Notes under the pieces: model-generated
What the model saw: only the letters and a program-made list of their open reading frames with translations
Databases searched by the model: none
What the model was told of the DNA's origin: nothing
From: Chrysomallon squamiferum
Taxonomy: Eukaryota; Animalia; Mollusca
Assembly (NCBI GenBank): GCA_012295275.1
Contig: CM022666.1
Location: forward strand, 10,354,001 to 10,418,000
DNA length: 64,000 bases
Direction: 5' to 3'
Program-made: the position numbers and the translations under genes
In this document: one piece after another, positions 37,319 to 49,060 of the stretch
Layout: every line of letters starts with the position of its first letter
Numbering within the stretch: position 1 is the stretch's first letter

Positions 37319-39997
37319 TCAAAAGTTAGTTTGAAACATGTCAAACAAGAAATTTATGTCTTCTACATCATTTATCCCAGGTAGCTCTGAACACTTTTTT
37401 AAGTGCAATCCATGTATCTTATCATATTTGATGAAATAACCTAAAATAAAAAAATAAACCAAAATTTCACACAGAAATGAACTATGACATCTTGAAATAT
37501 AAATTCAAACAAAATATTCCCAACAACTTTGATTTTGAAGAATCTTAAAACTGAATTCATTTTCTCTAGGCAAACTGCTATTTTCTGTTAAAAATTACAC
37601 TATTTATTTCAACTTTTTTCATGCATTTTGGATATTTTGTGGACCCTATAATTCTAAATTAATATACATTAGTGCATACATACATACATTGTCTGTTTCC
37701 AGACTGTTGAAATAATTACCTGAAAGCAGAAATGATTCTAAACACACATAATTGTCAACTGGATGAATGTGAAAGTGTCGTAAATCTGGCTTGTTTATCC
37801 TTGTATGTTCCTACAGAAAATAATATTTAAGTGTTATGTATTATTGCTTACATGTATGTGCATTTATACATGAATTATAATTTTTTTATATAATGATGAT
37901 AATTTGTATATATCTTTCAGTAAATACCTAAAATAAGATAAATACTTAAAATACCTATAAGATAAAATTAACATTAGCATTTATTCACAAACATTTAGCT
38001 CTGAGGCCTTGTCAGTTCTGCCCTTTAGAAGACAGGTTATATGAAATAGAAAACTGCCTCTCTTTCTACTTTTGCCCTGCCCTTTTTCAGTGAAAAACAC
38101 TATATATATATATATAGATATATCAATCCTTTAATGTTAAAAAGATCACATATGATATAAACAAATACATATGAATTAACTAACTTATAAAAGTGTGAAG
38201 TTATAAGAAAATAAACACATACATCTGAGAAATATAATTTGCCATTCAAGTTTGCAGTCAGGTATGTCCCAGATAGATGGTCTTGAAGGCAACAAATGAA
38301 AACATTTTTCAGGTTTTTAGTAGACAAAGCCCTGAAGCTGTAACACATGAATAAAACTGTAAAAGAAAAAAATGCAATATGATTTCTGATATCTAAGACA
38401 GAACCACAACATAAATTGTTATAATGCTACAATACTTCAGTTTTTATGCTTTTGTTTTTGAGTATTTTTTATCTTTATATTTCTATACATAACATATCTG
38501 ATAATTTCAATGCTTGTATTTTATTAGTAGAAAGAAACAATTTCGATTCATACAGAGATATGTGAAGAAAAAAATAAAGAAAACAAAATGACTTAACAGA
38601 TAGAAAAGTACTGGTCACTATGCTCTCAGTTAATCAAAATCTTTAAAAAATAAGACTGCATTATAAAAATTAAATATCAGCCTCTGTGCATCCTTACAAG
38701 CGTGTTAATTCAGTTTCATATTTTAGTATTTGAAAATATTGCCAAAAGAAATATATATTAAATATAATTCAGCTAAATATACAATATGTTTTTTGCCTAT
38801 TCATTTGTAACACAATAAGCATATTTTAATAATCAACAATTACCTTTGTCATTTTTGCAATAAAATGGAAGACAAAACACATTTTGAAGAATTAAAAAAT
38901 TACAGTATACCACATAGACAGGGGAGAGTTTGTGAAAATGTAATATAACATACACACATGTATGATCTATGTAACATAGCTACACAGACACTCAACTATA
39001 CACTATTACATTGTATTGTTACTATTATGAAAGCATCTCACATTTCTCCTTTATTGAAAAGTCCAGTTCGTCTTCCATAATAGCCAGCTGCATGTCAGAT
39101 TTTGTCAAAAAACACCCTGACATGGCTGCATGTCGAATAAAAACATTCTTTTCACCGATAAGCTGGATATCAGCTAACTTGTCTTTCTTCTTTTGTTTGA
39201 TGAATTCAGCACAAATACTGAATGTTGTGACTGAGGGGAAAAAAAGGAAAATATATCTAACAATATACTGAAATCTCTTTTAACTTAAGGACCTTGTAAA
39301 TAATTAGTTCAATTGACTTTATTATGTGTTTTTCATGAATTTATTGTTATCATTTCTTGAAATTAATGTGACTGTTATTAAATCTCAACTATATACTTTG
39401 TCTATAATGAGGAAATCTGCTTATGAATTAGCAGCAGTTATACAAACCTTTTCAGCAAGCACACAGTCTTTGTGTGTTACCAGCAAGCTGCAGATCACTT
39501 TTCTATTATAATAAAATTCAGATCTAGAAATTTCACAGCATTCAATTTTGAGAAATAAATTGATTATGATTGATAAAGAATGCAAAATGAAATGTTTAAT
39601 TTAATATGTTAATTATGTATAATTACACTGGCATATACAGATAAATAAAAAGGGAACCTGCAGTGGCCATCAAACAGGTTTCTTTTATATAATATTTCAT
39701 ATATGTATGCTCCGTGTTGAAAAGCCATTTATCACAAACACTGGTAAATGTATCCTGGGAAAAAACCTGTAACAATCCTATGATATACCTCTGTTTGCAT
39801 TTACTTAGTTAATTCACTTCTGCAATCATAATTTTTTTTCTGAATGGAATTAGATATAAACTATGTTTAAACTATGTTTAGCTGCATAAATGTTATAATT
39901 AATCTTTCTCTGCTGTACTCATCAATTCCTGATGAAGGGAGATAATCACATTTCTCAAAATTTTAGAAATAAACTTACAAATTCTAGGATTCTCCAT
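37319..39997 (-). CDS. Leaderless beta-trefoil protein, putative interleukin-1-family-like cytokine, 184 aa
   Basis: Exons (-): 39997-39979 (part of exon 40059-39979), 39230-39042, 38356-38223, 37810-37720, 37440-37319; all GT-AG with pyrimidine-rich acceptors, 555 nt, open throughout. Protein MENPRIFTTFSICAEFIKQKKKDKLADIQLIGEKNVFIRHAAMSGCFLTKSDMQLAIMEDELDFSIKEKFLFMCYSFRALSTKNLKNVFICCLQDHLSGTYLTANLNGKLYFSDEHTRINKPDLRHFHIHPVDNYVCLESFLLSGYFIKYDKIHGLHLKKCSELPGINDVEDINFLFDMFQTNF*. It has a three-fold repeat (SGCFL/SGTYL/SGYFI). The gene structure is well supported; the start codon and the family assignment are inferred. Confidence 0.75.
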
Positions 39998-42900
39998 CTG
40001 TATTTGTCTTATTACTGTTTGCAACAAGCCAAAACCATTGGTTACAATTTTGTCTTTGCCTGAAATATAATAAACAAATACATTTTTAAAAATAACATTA
40101 AAATTTCAAATAGTTTCAAGCTTCTTTACATTTTGTAATTTCTTATTAAATAAAATAGCTGTAATGTCACAAAGACATCATGAAAAATGAAAGTTGTTTC
40201 TTAATACAACTAATAAAACACATGTTTAACAATTGATTATTTTCTCTAAACAAAATAACACATTAAAATAGCTTTAAAAAAACCTCACCATTTCTAAAAA
40301 ATTTAAATACATTTTTATCTACCTGCTTCAAGAATGACACGAGTTTCTATTACTCTATAAACCTATACTGAGGTTATTTAAAAAATCTAAACAGCTACTT
40401 CAGCTTAGTCATTGCTAAAACTTTATGTTTGAAATAACAAAGCCAATGCCTGTAAGAATCACATTCGATTGTAGTTTTAAATTAAGTAATATATAATGTG
40501 GAACAAAGCAATTTTGTTTAATGTTGTCACCTTCATTAGAATGGTTGTCAGATTGTTTCAAAACAGTAGCACTTTGTTAGGAAAAAATTATTACATATTT
40601 TCAAAAATATCAATATGGAAGTTTAATGGAGTAAATGTTTTTACATTCTTTTTAATATTAAATTACGTAATCATTATATTATTAAAAATATGAATATGCA
40701 TTTCTATAAAAATAATTACTGTTTTCAATTGAACCATATTAGATCATTTATAATCAAATTAGAATTACACTAACTAAACATATTTATAGTGTTTTCTTTG
40801 TTTAATGTCAGTAATAATTCAGTAACAGTGGTGATCTAGATTGACATAAATACATCATTTTACCGTATAGTCAACAATTAGCAATTTATTTACTTGTAAT
40901 TACTGGGTGACCCTGTTGCTTATTTTTGTGGGATACATTATTTAAATTATTATTGCTGTAAAAAAAAAATATTATTAATAATAATAAATAAAACAAATTT
41001 TAATAAATTATATTGTTTTAAAAATAACTTTAACATACTTTCTTTACTTCAATCTTTTTATATCATTTTAATCTGTGCCAATAAGGAATAATTACAAAAT
41101 AAATAATAAAATAATAATACAGAATTTTGTTATATTCGACGTTCCAAATACTGAACTGATGAAATTATCAATTATTGGTAGAATTTACAGTCTGAAATCA
41201 TTTCAGAAGTAGGTGGCTTACCGCTCAAATAGACACGTGTCACAAATGCTCTTTTTAAATGTTTTAAATTCGATAATATGCTTACTCGCTTATGTCTATA
41301 CCTACTATATAATTACCTGGACTACATCGATATAGTAATTACATCATTTATCACAATTAACACAATGACTGAATGAGTTGTGTTGTGTTTCCCCCTACAT
41401 CATGTCTAAAAATACCAGCTTTGTTTGCCCTACTTTTTATGCGAGTCAGTGGCAAACTGCATCCCACGGGGCTTTCTGAATGGCACGCCTAATAGCATAG
41501 GGTAACTTGACTCTTTTTTAAATGAGGCAAAAACTGATGTTTTTGAAGTCAGTTATGTCTTTCCGCAACGAAGTCGGTAGAATTCAAACGGTAACCGTAG
41601 ACATAAAGTAAAAACGAATTCATTCAGTAAACTCTAAAATGGTTTAACTACACACCAGCACGTATACACAAACACCACAAAGAAATTAGCAAAACACGCT
41701 TATTAACTTAGTAAACTTTTATTTTTCGTAAATGTTTACTGTCAAATAATAATAATAATAATAATTAAAAAAAAAAAAAAAAAAATTAAAAATATATAAC
41801 GTTTTCTTAAATGTTAAGAGGAGGGCAGTTATCCAGTTTCCTATTTCCGTACTCCTAATCTTTGGTCAGTTTCTTCAAATCTGAAATGACAGTAAGGCTT
41901 ACGTAAGAGTATGATAATCAGCATCCGCTTTTTATATCCTTAAAGCAACCATCACTGTTTAAAGTATGTCGTATTTCTCGGGAAACTAAATCTATTCAGA
42001 AACGTTTTAGAGAGTAGTAGATCGAGCTGAAATAAAAGCGATGTTACATTACTGTACTTGAAAATAGAACGTATTGTTTGTTTCTTTTTCTTCTTATGTT
42101 GTTGTTATTGTTTAATAGTTGTAATTATATTTTGTTTTATTTTGTTTCGTTTATTTATTTACTTATTTATTTTCTGTTTATTATTATTATGTTTTAAACC
42201 TTCACAAATCCTGAAATTGTTCATAAATATTTATTATTTTCTTAGATATTTGGGAAAACAGCACTTTTATTAGCTCTTCACATTTGATCAAAATAAGGTA
42301 TAGCTTCATTATTGTTATGTCGTGGAAAAGGTGATTTCTAAGCTGTTGATTACCAACAACAACAAAACAATAAAATAACATTCATTGGTGTAGTTTTAAT
42401 ACATCTTTCTAATACCATATAGGCAGGACTGGTAGGTGTAGGTGAGATATAGTCAGTATTTTCCATTCCAACCACTGTCCATGACTAATTTATCAAAAGC
42501 TGTGAAATAACATTAATAAATGATGTGTACTTTAACAGTTGAAATAAATTGGTTATTCTTTGAAGCTAATCAGTCTGAGCTTGGGCTATACAAAAATTAG
42601 ATTAGTACAAAATAATCAGTGCAACTTAACATTTGTCTGAAATGCTTCAGAAGCATCAAAAACTTTAATATTAATAGGTGTTTTGGGGAGAGGTTTTTTT
42701 GTTTATTGTTTATTTATGTATCATTAGGAAACAATAAATTTACCAAGTCATTGCTGATTAAAATAGAGAAAAAAGAAATATTTCACATAAATTATTTATT
42801 ATTTCTCATGCAGTAAATTTTTCATTAGTGAGCCTTCAGTGGATACGATAATACAACACTTTATCCAACAATAAATAAATAAACAAACAGACAAATAATA

Positions 42901-43750
42901 ATAATTATACTGTGCCAAATAAGGTTAGCAATTACGTACAAGGTGTGAAATACAGACAACCTGAATGGATGTTCAGTTTATTTGTACACATTATTTCATT
43001 GATACAACATTTCTGAATGTAACCGGCAGTAACACGTTGTCACGGTGTCAACGTCGTTACTTGAATGTCAACTGATGAAATGGAGGTGTACATCACCCAA
43101 GATGGTGAGAGAGGCTCAATAATGTGTGTGTGTATCAGCGGCATTGATAATACCATCGTCGTCTCATGCTTCTAATGAGAGTATTAATATCAGTAACTGC
43201 TTTCTATTCCCAGTTCGGAACAATTTAAAGGTCATGGACATTAAGGATATGAATATGGTTTTCGTGTACCATACGGCCCAGTAGGTCCACTGTATGCTCA
43301 ACTGAGGAAAAGTCAGGGGACTTTCAACACTTGGATGTGGTTCTGCTCAAGAAGATTAGCCTAATGGTAAATGATCTAGCGTTGTCATATTGAAACAGAA
43401 CGTCAGGTTGCTGCTGCAGGAATGGAATAACCATTGGTGTAATACTCTCGTCGCAGTAACGTTGATCAGTCATGTTTCCGTGAATGAAAACGAGATCCGT
43501 TTTACCGTCACCATGAATGCCGGCCCAGGCCATAACGCTGCCACCGCCGTATCGGTCATCATATCGTTCTCCCCGTCGCCTCCATACATGACATGACGCC
43601 TACGATCTTCAAACTGAACATACGGCTTAGTCCCATATGGTAGAAAGGCTAAATGTGGTTCAGTGGTCTTATTGACATGCTTGGTTTTACCTCAGTCATT
43701 ATAATGAACTGCTCCAGATTATTTGGAAAGCGATTATTATTGTATAAATA

Positions 43751-44418
43751 CAGTAATATCTCGCTTAACGATATCACGCTTTAACAATCTTTCTTCTTTA
43801 CAAATTATATAAATAGAAATTTAATTTAATAGTTAATTGCTCGAAATAAATGATACAAATGTATACAATGCATGTTTTTTAAGTCCGTTTTCTTTAATTT
43901 TTCGTTCATTCACGAGCTTCTCTCAGCTGTGTTGATCAGTTGACACGTCATACGTGCACCTGATATTCTGATTCTCTTTTGTTTTCTGCTTCGATTTAGA
44001 CTTAAACTCGTTTGTAATTTATTCTTCCAATATCTCAAAACGAATAACAGTAAACCGGCAAATGCTCATGATAAAAGAAACGGAAGACAATAACTTTAAA
44101 AACAAAATACATTATCTTAAATGAAACCAAACCCACAATGAGTGGCATATAATTATTTCTTAATGTATTTGTATACATTGATTTGTAAATGATTTACTGT
44201 TTACTTAATATCTACAATCTATTAAATCATTTATGTCTAAACTGCCGTTTTATTTCTCCATATTTTACCTCTTTTTTTTTTATGTCAGATCTCATCAGCG
44301 AGAAAGTAACTACTGCTTTTAACCTTAATTCTATGTAAATTAGTCTCCCGCTTAACGATACCTCACTTCACTATTGGAAATTTGGAACCAATTACATCTT
44401 TAATCTGAGGTATTATTG
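43751..44418. mobile_element. Tigger/pogo-like MITE nested in the 43624-45467 element
   Basis: TA-flanked. Left end CAGTAATATCTCGCTTAACGAT; the right end reverse-complements to CAATAATACCTCAGATTAAAGAT. An internal copy of CGCTTAACGATA lies at about 44349. Confidence 0.65.
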
Positions 44419-45024
44419 TAGTATGTATGCAAATATGACATAAATATCGCATAAAGTATGCAAACATAACAAATATCGAAATAATCTATGTATCGAATGT
44501 AGTGACTATAAATAATTAAAAAAGAAGGTATTCATCTAAAAGTATTCCCAATGATTTGGTCCTTCGTATAAACTTTTTCAGTCATAGCCAAAGTATTTGT
44601 AGGTCATAATATCTTTAGTGTACATACTATTAATATACTATGTCACATATATTGTATGATATGTGCGCAATCCGAATATGTATGTGTGCATAACGTAAAT
44701 ATGATCAGTAACAGATGTTTAAGTTGAATATGGTTGAATTCGAACAGTTAATGATAGATGTAACGTTCACATATTCTATTTACTGAATATAAGTAAATTA
44801 CTCGTATGTAAAATATGTTAGTTATTTATAATATTTTTGTCGTTTTCTTTTACAGAAGCAAGCCATAAGCATTAATAAAAACACATCGTGCCGCTTTTTA
44901 CTTTTCTTTTCTTTATTTATTATTTTTTTTAATAGATAGATGAAATTGATGTAAAATTGTTTATTATTGGTCGCTTGTTTTGTAACGGAAAGGAAATGTT
45001 TATGAATTAGAAATGACCACCTTA

Positions 45025-45073
<49 letters not shown>

Positions 45074-45111
45074 GTAACAGTAATTATAATAAGAAGAATA
45101 AGAAGAATAAC

Positions 45112-45151
<40 letters not shown>

Positions 45152-45230
45152 GTAATAATATTATAATAATAATAATGTTGATGATGATAATTATGATGAT
45201 GATAATGAGAAGGAGGAAGATGATGAAATA
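45025..45230. repeat. Compound (AAT)n/(GAT)n trinucleotide repeat
   Basis: Read directly; it produces the spurious poly-Asn ORF 45013-45231. Confidence 0.92.
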
Positions 45231-46323
45231 ATGAAAAAGTAACAAATCAACAACAAATGACCAGTGAACGCTTATTCTGCTTTCGGTTGATGTTACATAA
45301 TCGATTTAGGAACAATGTGCTCCGCCTCTGAATGTTAGAAAGAAACCAAGATGTATGTACAGGCCAAGTTCATTATATACAGAGGTAATCAGGTATTGCG
45401 GTAAACCAGCTTTTTCTACGAAATGGGAATTATACGAACTGGGAATTCTACCAAATGGGAAGACACCGAACATACACCTGAATTCGTCTGTGAATAATGT
45501 CTGATTCCATTGTCTGCGTCGCCAGTGTTGGTGTATTCTGGCCAATCTCAGACGTTCCTAAATGTGACGCGCTGTCCGTGAAACAGCTACAACAGGGCGA
45601 CATGCCTGTAATCCAGCAGCATGGAAACAGTTACGGACAGTTTGAGCATGAATTTCAGAGGTTTCCTGCAAAGTACGGGCTAAACGTGGAGCACTTTCGA
45701 ACCTGTGACGTGCACTAAATACCTATCTTCCCTTGCAGTAGTTAATGGTGGTCGACCAGAAAGGTGTCGATCTCGCACTTGCCCAGTTTGGTGTACGCAT
45801 TGCCGAGTCGTGATATGGTACTGTCATGAACACTAAAATACTGAGCGACGTCGTGTACGCTTAACGCCGGCCCGTTGCTTCAAGACGTTGATTTTCCGTT
45901 AAGCCATGACGGCGACCCGTTATAAACAGGATAAATTCTAACTTTTGTTTTTGAAAATGTGATTGCAATAGACCCGTATTGCACGCGCTTCTGCGACAGT
46001 ACGAGCGCACCGCGTTGCGCGTGCAGTACGGATAGCGGCGTGCGATATGACAAATGGTGTTCTTTTAATTACCCAAAGCGACATAACATACGCAAATAAC
46101 ATACTACCAAGCTTTATCATTTTATTTTAATTTATCTGGAAGTAAAAGTCAGTTACAAAAACTTGCTAAACTTTTTTGGTTTAGTATAATTTATTATGCT
46201 AATGATGTTTTTTCTCTCTCTTCCCAAGTTTACTCATACATCTAGATACAATTATTAAGAGACATAAGGTAATACTCACAAAATGCAACTTAATCTAAGT
46301 ACAAGAAAAAAAAAAAAAAAAAA

Positions 46324-46363
<40 letters not shown>

Positions 46364-46858
46364 CCTAATAAAATAAAATACATTTTATTTATATAATCAT
46401 ATAACATCTGTTGAAAAGCTAGCAATATGTTTAGAAAATATAAAATTGTTCCACTAATCTTGTATACAATTAATAGTATGTTACAAGTTTTACTAAATGA
46501 ACTGCAAACCTATTAGCCATGGAATACGTACATAAATAGTTGAGTAATACTATGAAAAGTTTAAATAATACATTTTTTTCTTACTCTGAAAAGTAGTCAA
46601 ATAATGTATATTGTTTTTATACATTTCACAAAAAATGTACATCTGAATACTTTATAAAAAAAAATCTGATACTGCCACATTAAAATGTTTATTTTTTAAA
46701 CACTATTTCTTACAATGGAATTAACTGATGAAATTAAAATTTCAACTTAAAGCATCATGAGAGAGAGAGAAAAATTAAGTTATTAACATTATTTAATGAA
46801 ATTTAAAAAACAAATATTGTTCACAATTATTGTTAGTTTTAAGTAGCAAATCAATATA

Positions 46859-47522
46859 CAGTGGTACCTTGACTTACGAGTTTAATTCGTACCGTGACTA
46901 AACTTGTATCTCAATATACTCGTATATCAAATCAATTTTCCAAATTGAAAATAACTGAAATACCATTAATTCGTTCCAGCCTCCTAAAAACCACCACAAG
47001 TTTTTATAACGTATTTTAAATAAGAAAAATGTATATATAAATGAAAAATATTGTATAAAAACAAAAATAAAAGAGAATGTAAAGAAATAAATTGATTTTG
47101 TAAAATGTATAGAGTTATGGTTTCTCTCTCTTTTTATGGACAGAGGTCCACAGCTTATTTTAACGCCTTTAGGTGGAGTTGTAGACTTTATCGACACCTT
47201 CGGCTTCATTATGGTACATATCGCAAAAGTACTACGCTCGTACTGCCTAGCCATGTTGACTATATCATAGTATGTGCACACCTCGCTCATGTTTTTCTAT
47301 GATTTCATGCTGTAATTCAGTGAACATCATCCGCTTCTTCTCAGCACTCACTTTCTTGGGATCCATGGAAATTTGGCAAAATACTGCACAACACAACAGA
47401 GATGCTTCCACTGCGAGATAACCACGTGAACCAAACGAGTGAGACGCGGGATGCTGACCGGGCGGTTGTTCGTAACTCGAAAAGCTCGTAAGTTGGAATA
47501 ATCTTAACTCGAGATACCACTG
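46859..47522 (-). mobile_element. Tigger/pogo-type non-autonomous DNA transposon (internally deleted)
   Basis: TA-flanked TIRs CAGTGGTACCTTGACTTACGA / reverse complement CAGTGGTATCTCGAGTTAAGA. Frameshifted transposase N-terminus on the minus strand from 47366: MDPKKVSAEKKRMMFTELQHEIIEKHERGV... then MARQYERSTFAICTIMKPKVSIK. Confidence 0.9.
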
Positions 47523-49060
47523 TATATATAATAAAGTTTTTATAAAATATTTTATACTGTTGACACGTAACAATACTAACATCATGTATCAACTCGACTT
47601 TTTTTAAACGAATCGATTTGAAATAGCCTGGGTACAGTTAAAAGATTAAACCATTAATATATTATATTAAAGCATTTTGAATTTACTAAATGTATAAAAA
47701 CATTTAGATAACGAACATTCCTTTCATTAAAAGTCCCAATTTTTGCCTAATTATTTCTTAGCCGAACCTATGTAATGATTTAAAGGTTAAAGGTCACGTG
47801 AATTACATTTTTAAAATACTATGCGGAAAACGATTTAGTGAATCTTCTAAAAATAAACAAGCCTGTCATCACTGCCAAACACAGCGAACAGGTAAAAATC
47901 ATAGCCTTTCTAAGCGTCTTTTTAACATATCTTAAGGTTTAACAGTAACAGGTATCCTACGCAAGGTGTAGACTAGTGTTCACAGGTTTGTATTCGTATA
48001 AATCTTAATAACATATTCACAGTATTAATGGCATGGAACTGTCTTCAGCTAGTTCCGTCATGATTTAGAATATTGTGTTAATGTTTATAAATAATTATTA
48101 TTTTGGTGGTTTATAGCTTAGAGGTCGTAATATGAAATGCAACGTTCCATCCCACCATGCTGGCTCAGTGGCTGTATAAACAACCGGAAATAACCTTAGG
48201 CAAATGATATGTCGTCTGTTATTAATATCATTTCAGTCAATTATTTCAGATATTATTATTATTATTATTATTTATAATCCCATGAATGGAAAACGTTTGT
48301 AAAATAAAAAAAAATATAATGTCACCAGAAAAATAAAAAATATATAATTTTTATTTCCAGCTTACTAATGGCAAATGATAGTGAATTAATTAAGCATTAT
48401 TTATCACATACATTTTATGAAATACTGTAATCAAATTGATTATACCATTGACATAACTATTATTTTCTCTCATTCTCAGATCATGTTAGTCATGGTACTG
48501 AAAATGTTCAGTGAGATTTATACTGATAAAAAAGAAAAACTTTTAAAATACCAAAGAACTTATTTTCTGGCGTTGACTTTTCTAGCATATGAAACATTTT
48601 TGTAATTCACAATATTTTTACAAAAGTACAAAATACCTTTCATGTGTGTTTTAAAATAGGACAACATGTACCAAAATCTTTGATATATCATTTGCAGATA
48701 TTTGAGACACTGTGGTTAGTGGGAATTTATTAATTTTGTTATTTTATACATACATATTTAATTTATATTATTTTTGTTTTGTTTGCAGTACATATGCAAA
48801 TTTTATTAGGCTAATTGTGTTCATTATTAAAAAAAACATACAAAAAATAACTTATACTAATTAGGTATCAACATCATAGAGACAAGTGGTGACAGATGAC
48901 AGTGATAAATCAGTGAAAAATGTAATAATAAACAGTGACAAAAAATTATGGCAAATGGATATGGAAGATTATGACAGGTCACAAAACTTAATATTAGTGA
49001 CAAGGTAGTGTAAATGGTGACACAAGATAACTGACAAGTGGTGGCACAAAATAATGCTTG

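Larger units (their letters stand above)
43624..45467. mobile_element. Non-autonomous TIR element with GG...CC ends and 8-bp target-site duplication, inserted in the Tc1 transposase
   Basis: Direct repeat GAACATAC at 43616-43623 and 45468-45475. Left end GGCTTAGTCCCATATGGTAGAA; the right end reverse-complements to GGTGTCTTCCCATTTGGTAGAA. Three 16-bp subterminal repeats (TTCTACCAAATGGGAA-like) at about 45414-45461. Superfamily uncertain (MULE-like or Merlin-like). Confidence 0.75.
42908..46186 (-). mobile_element. Decayed Tc1-type DNA transposon interrupted by nested insertions
   Basis: TA-flanked imperfect TIRs (tactgtgccaaataaggttagcaa / reverse complement tactaaaccaaaaaagtttagcaa). Frameshifted transposase on the minus strand: 5' half about 45907-45470 (SGRPPLTTAREDR; WRRRQWNQTLFTDE) and 3' half about 43620-43116 (VWRRRGERY; GGGSVMAWAGI; FQYDNAR; SPDFSSVEH; THY*). 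Confidence 0.88.

Noticed and set aside
39448-39523. AG...GT-bounded segment inside the trefoil gene intron that looks like an exon
   Set aside because: In the phase required by the flanking exons it hits a stop (GAA AAG TGA), and the flanking exons join in frame without it.
37319-39997. Calling the trefoil protein an FGF
   Set aside because: It lacks the FGF core E-C-x-F-x-E motif and its middle exon is 134 nt rather than 104 nt. It cannot be fully excluded without a profile search.
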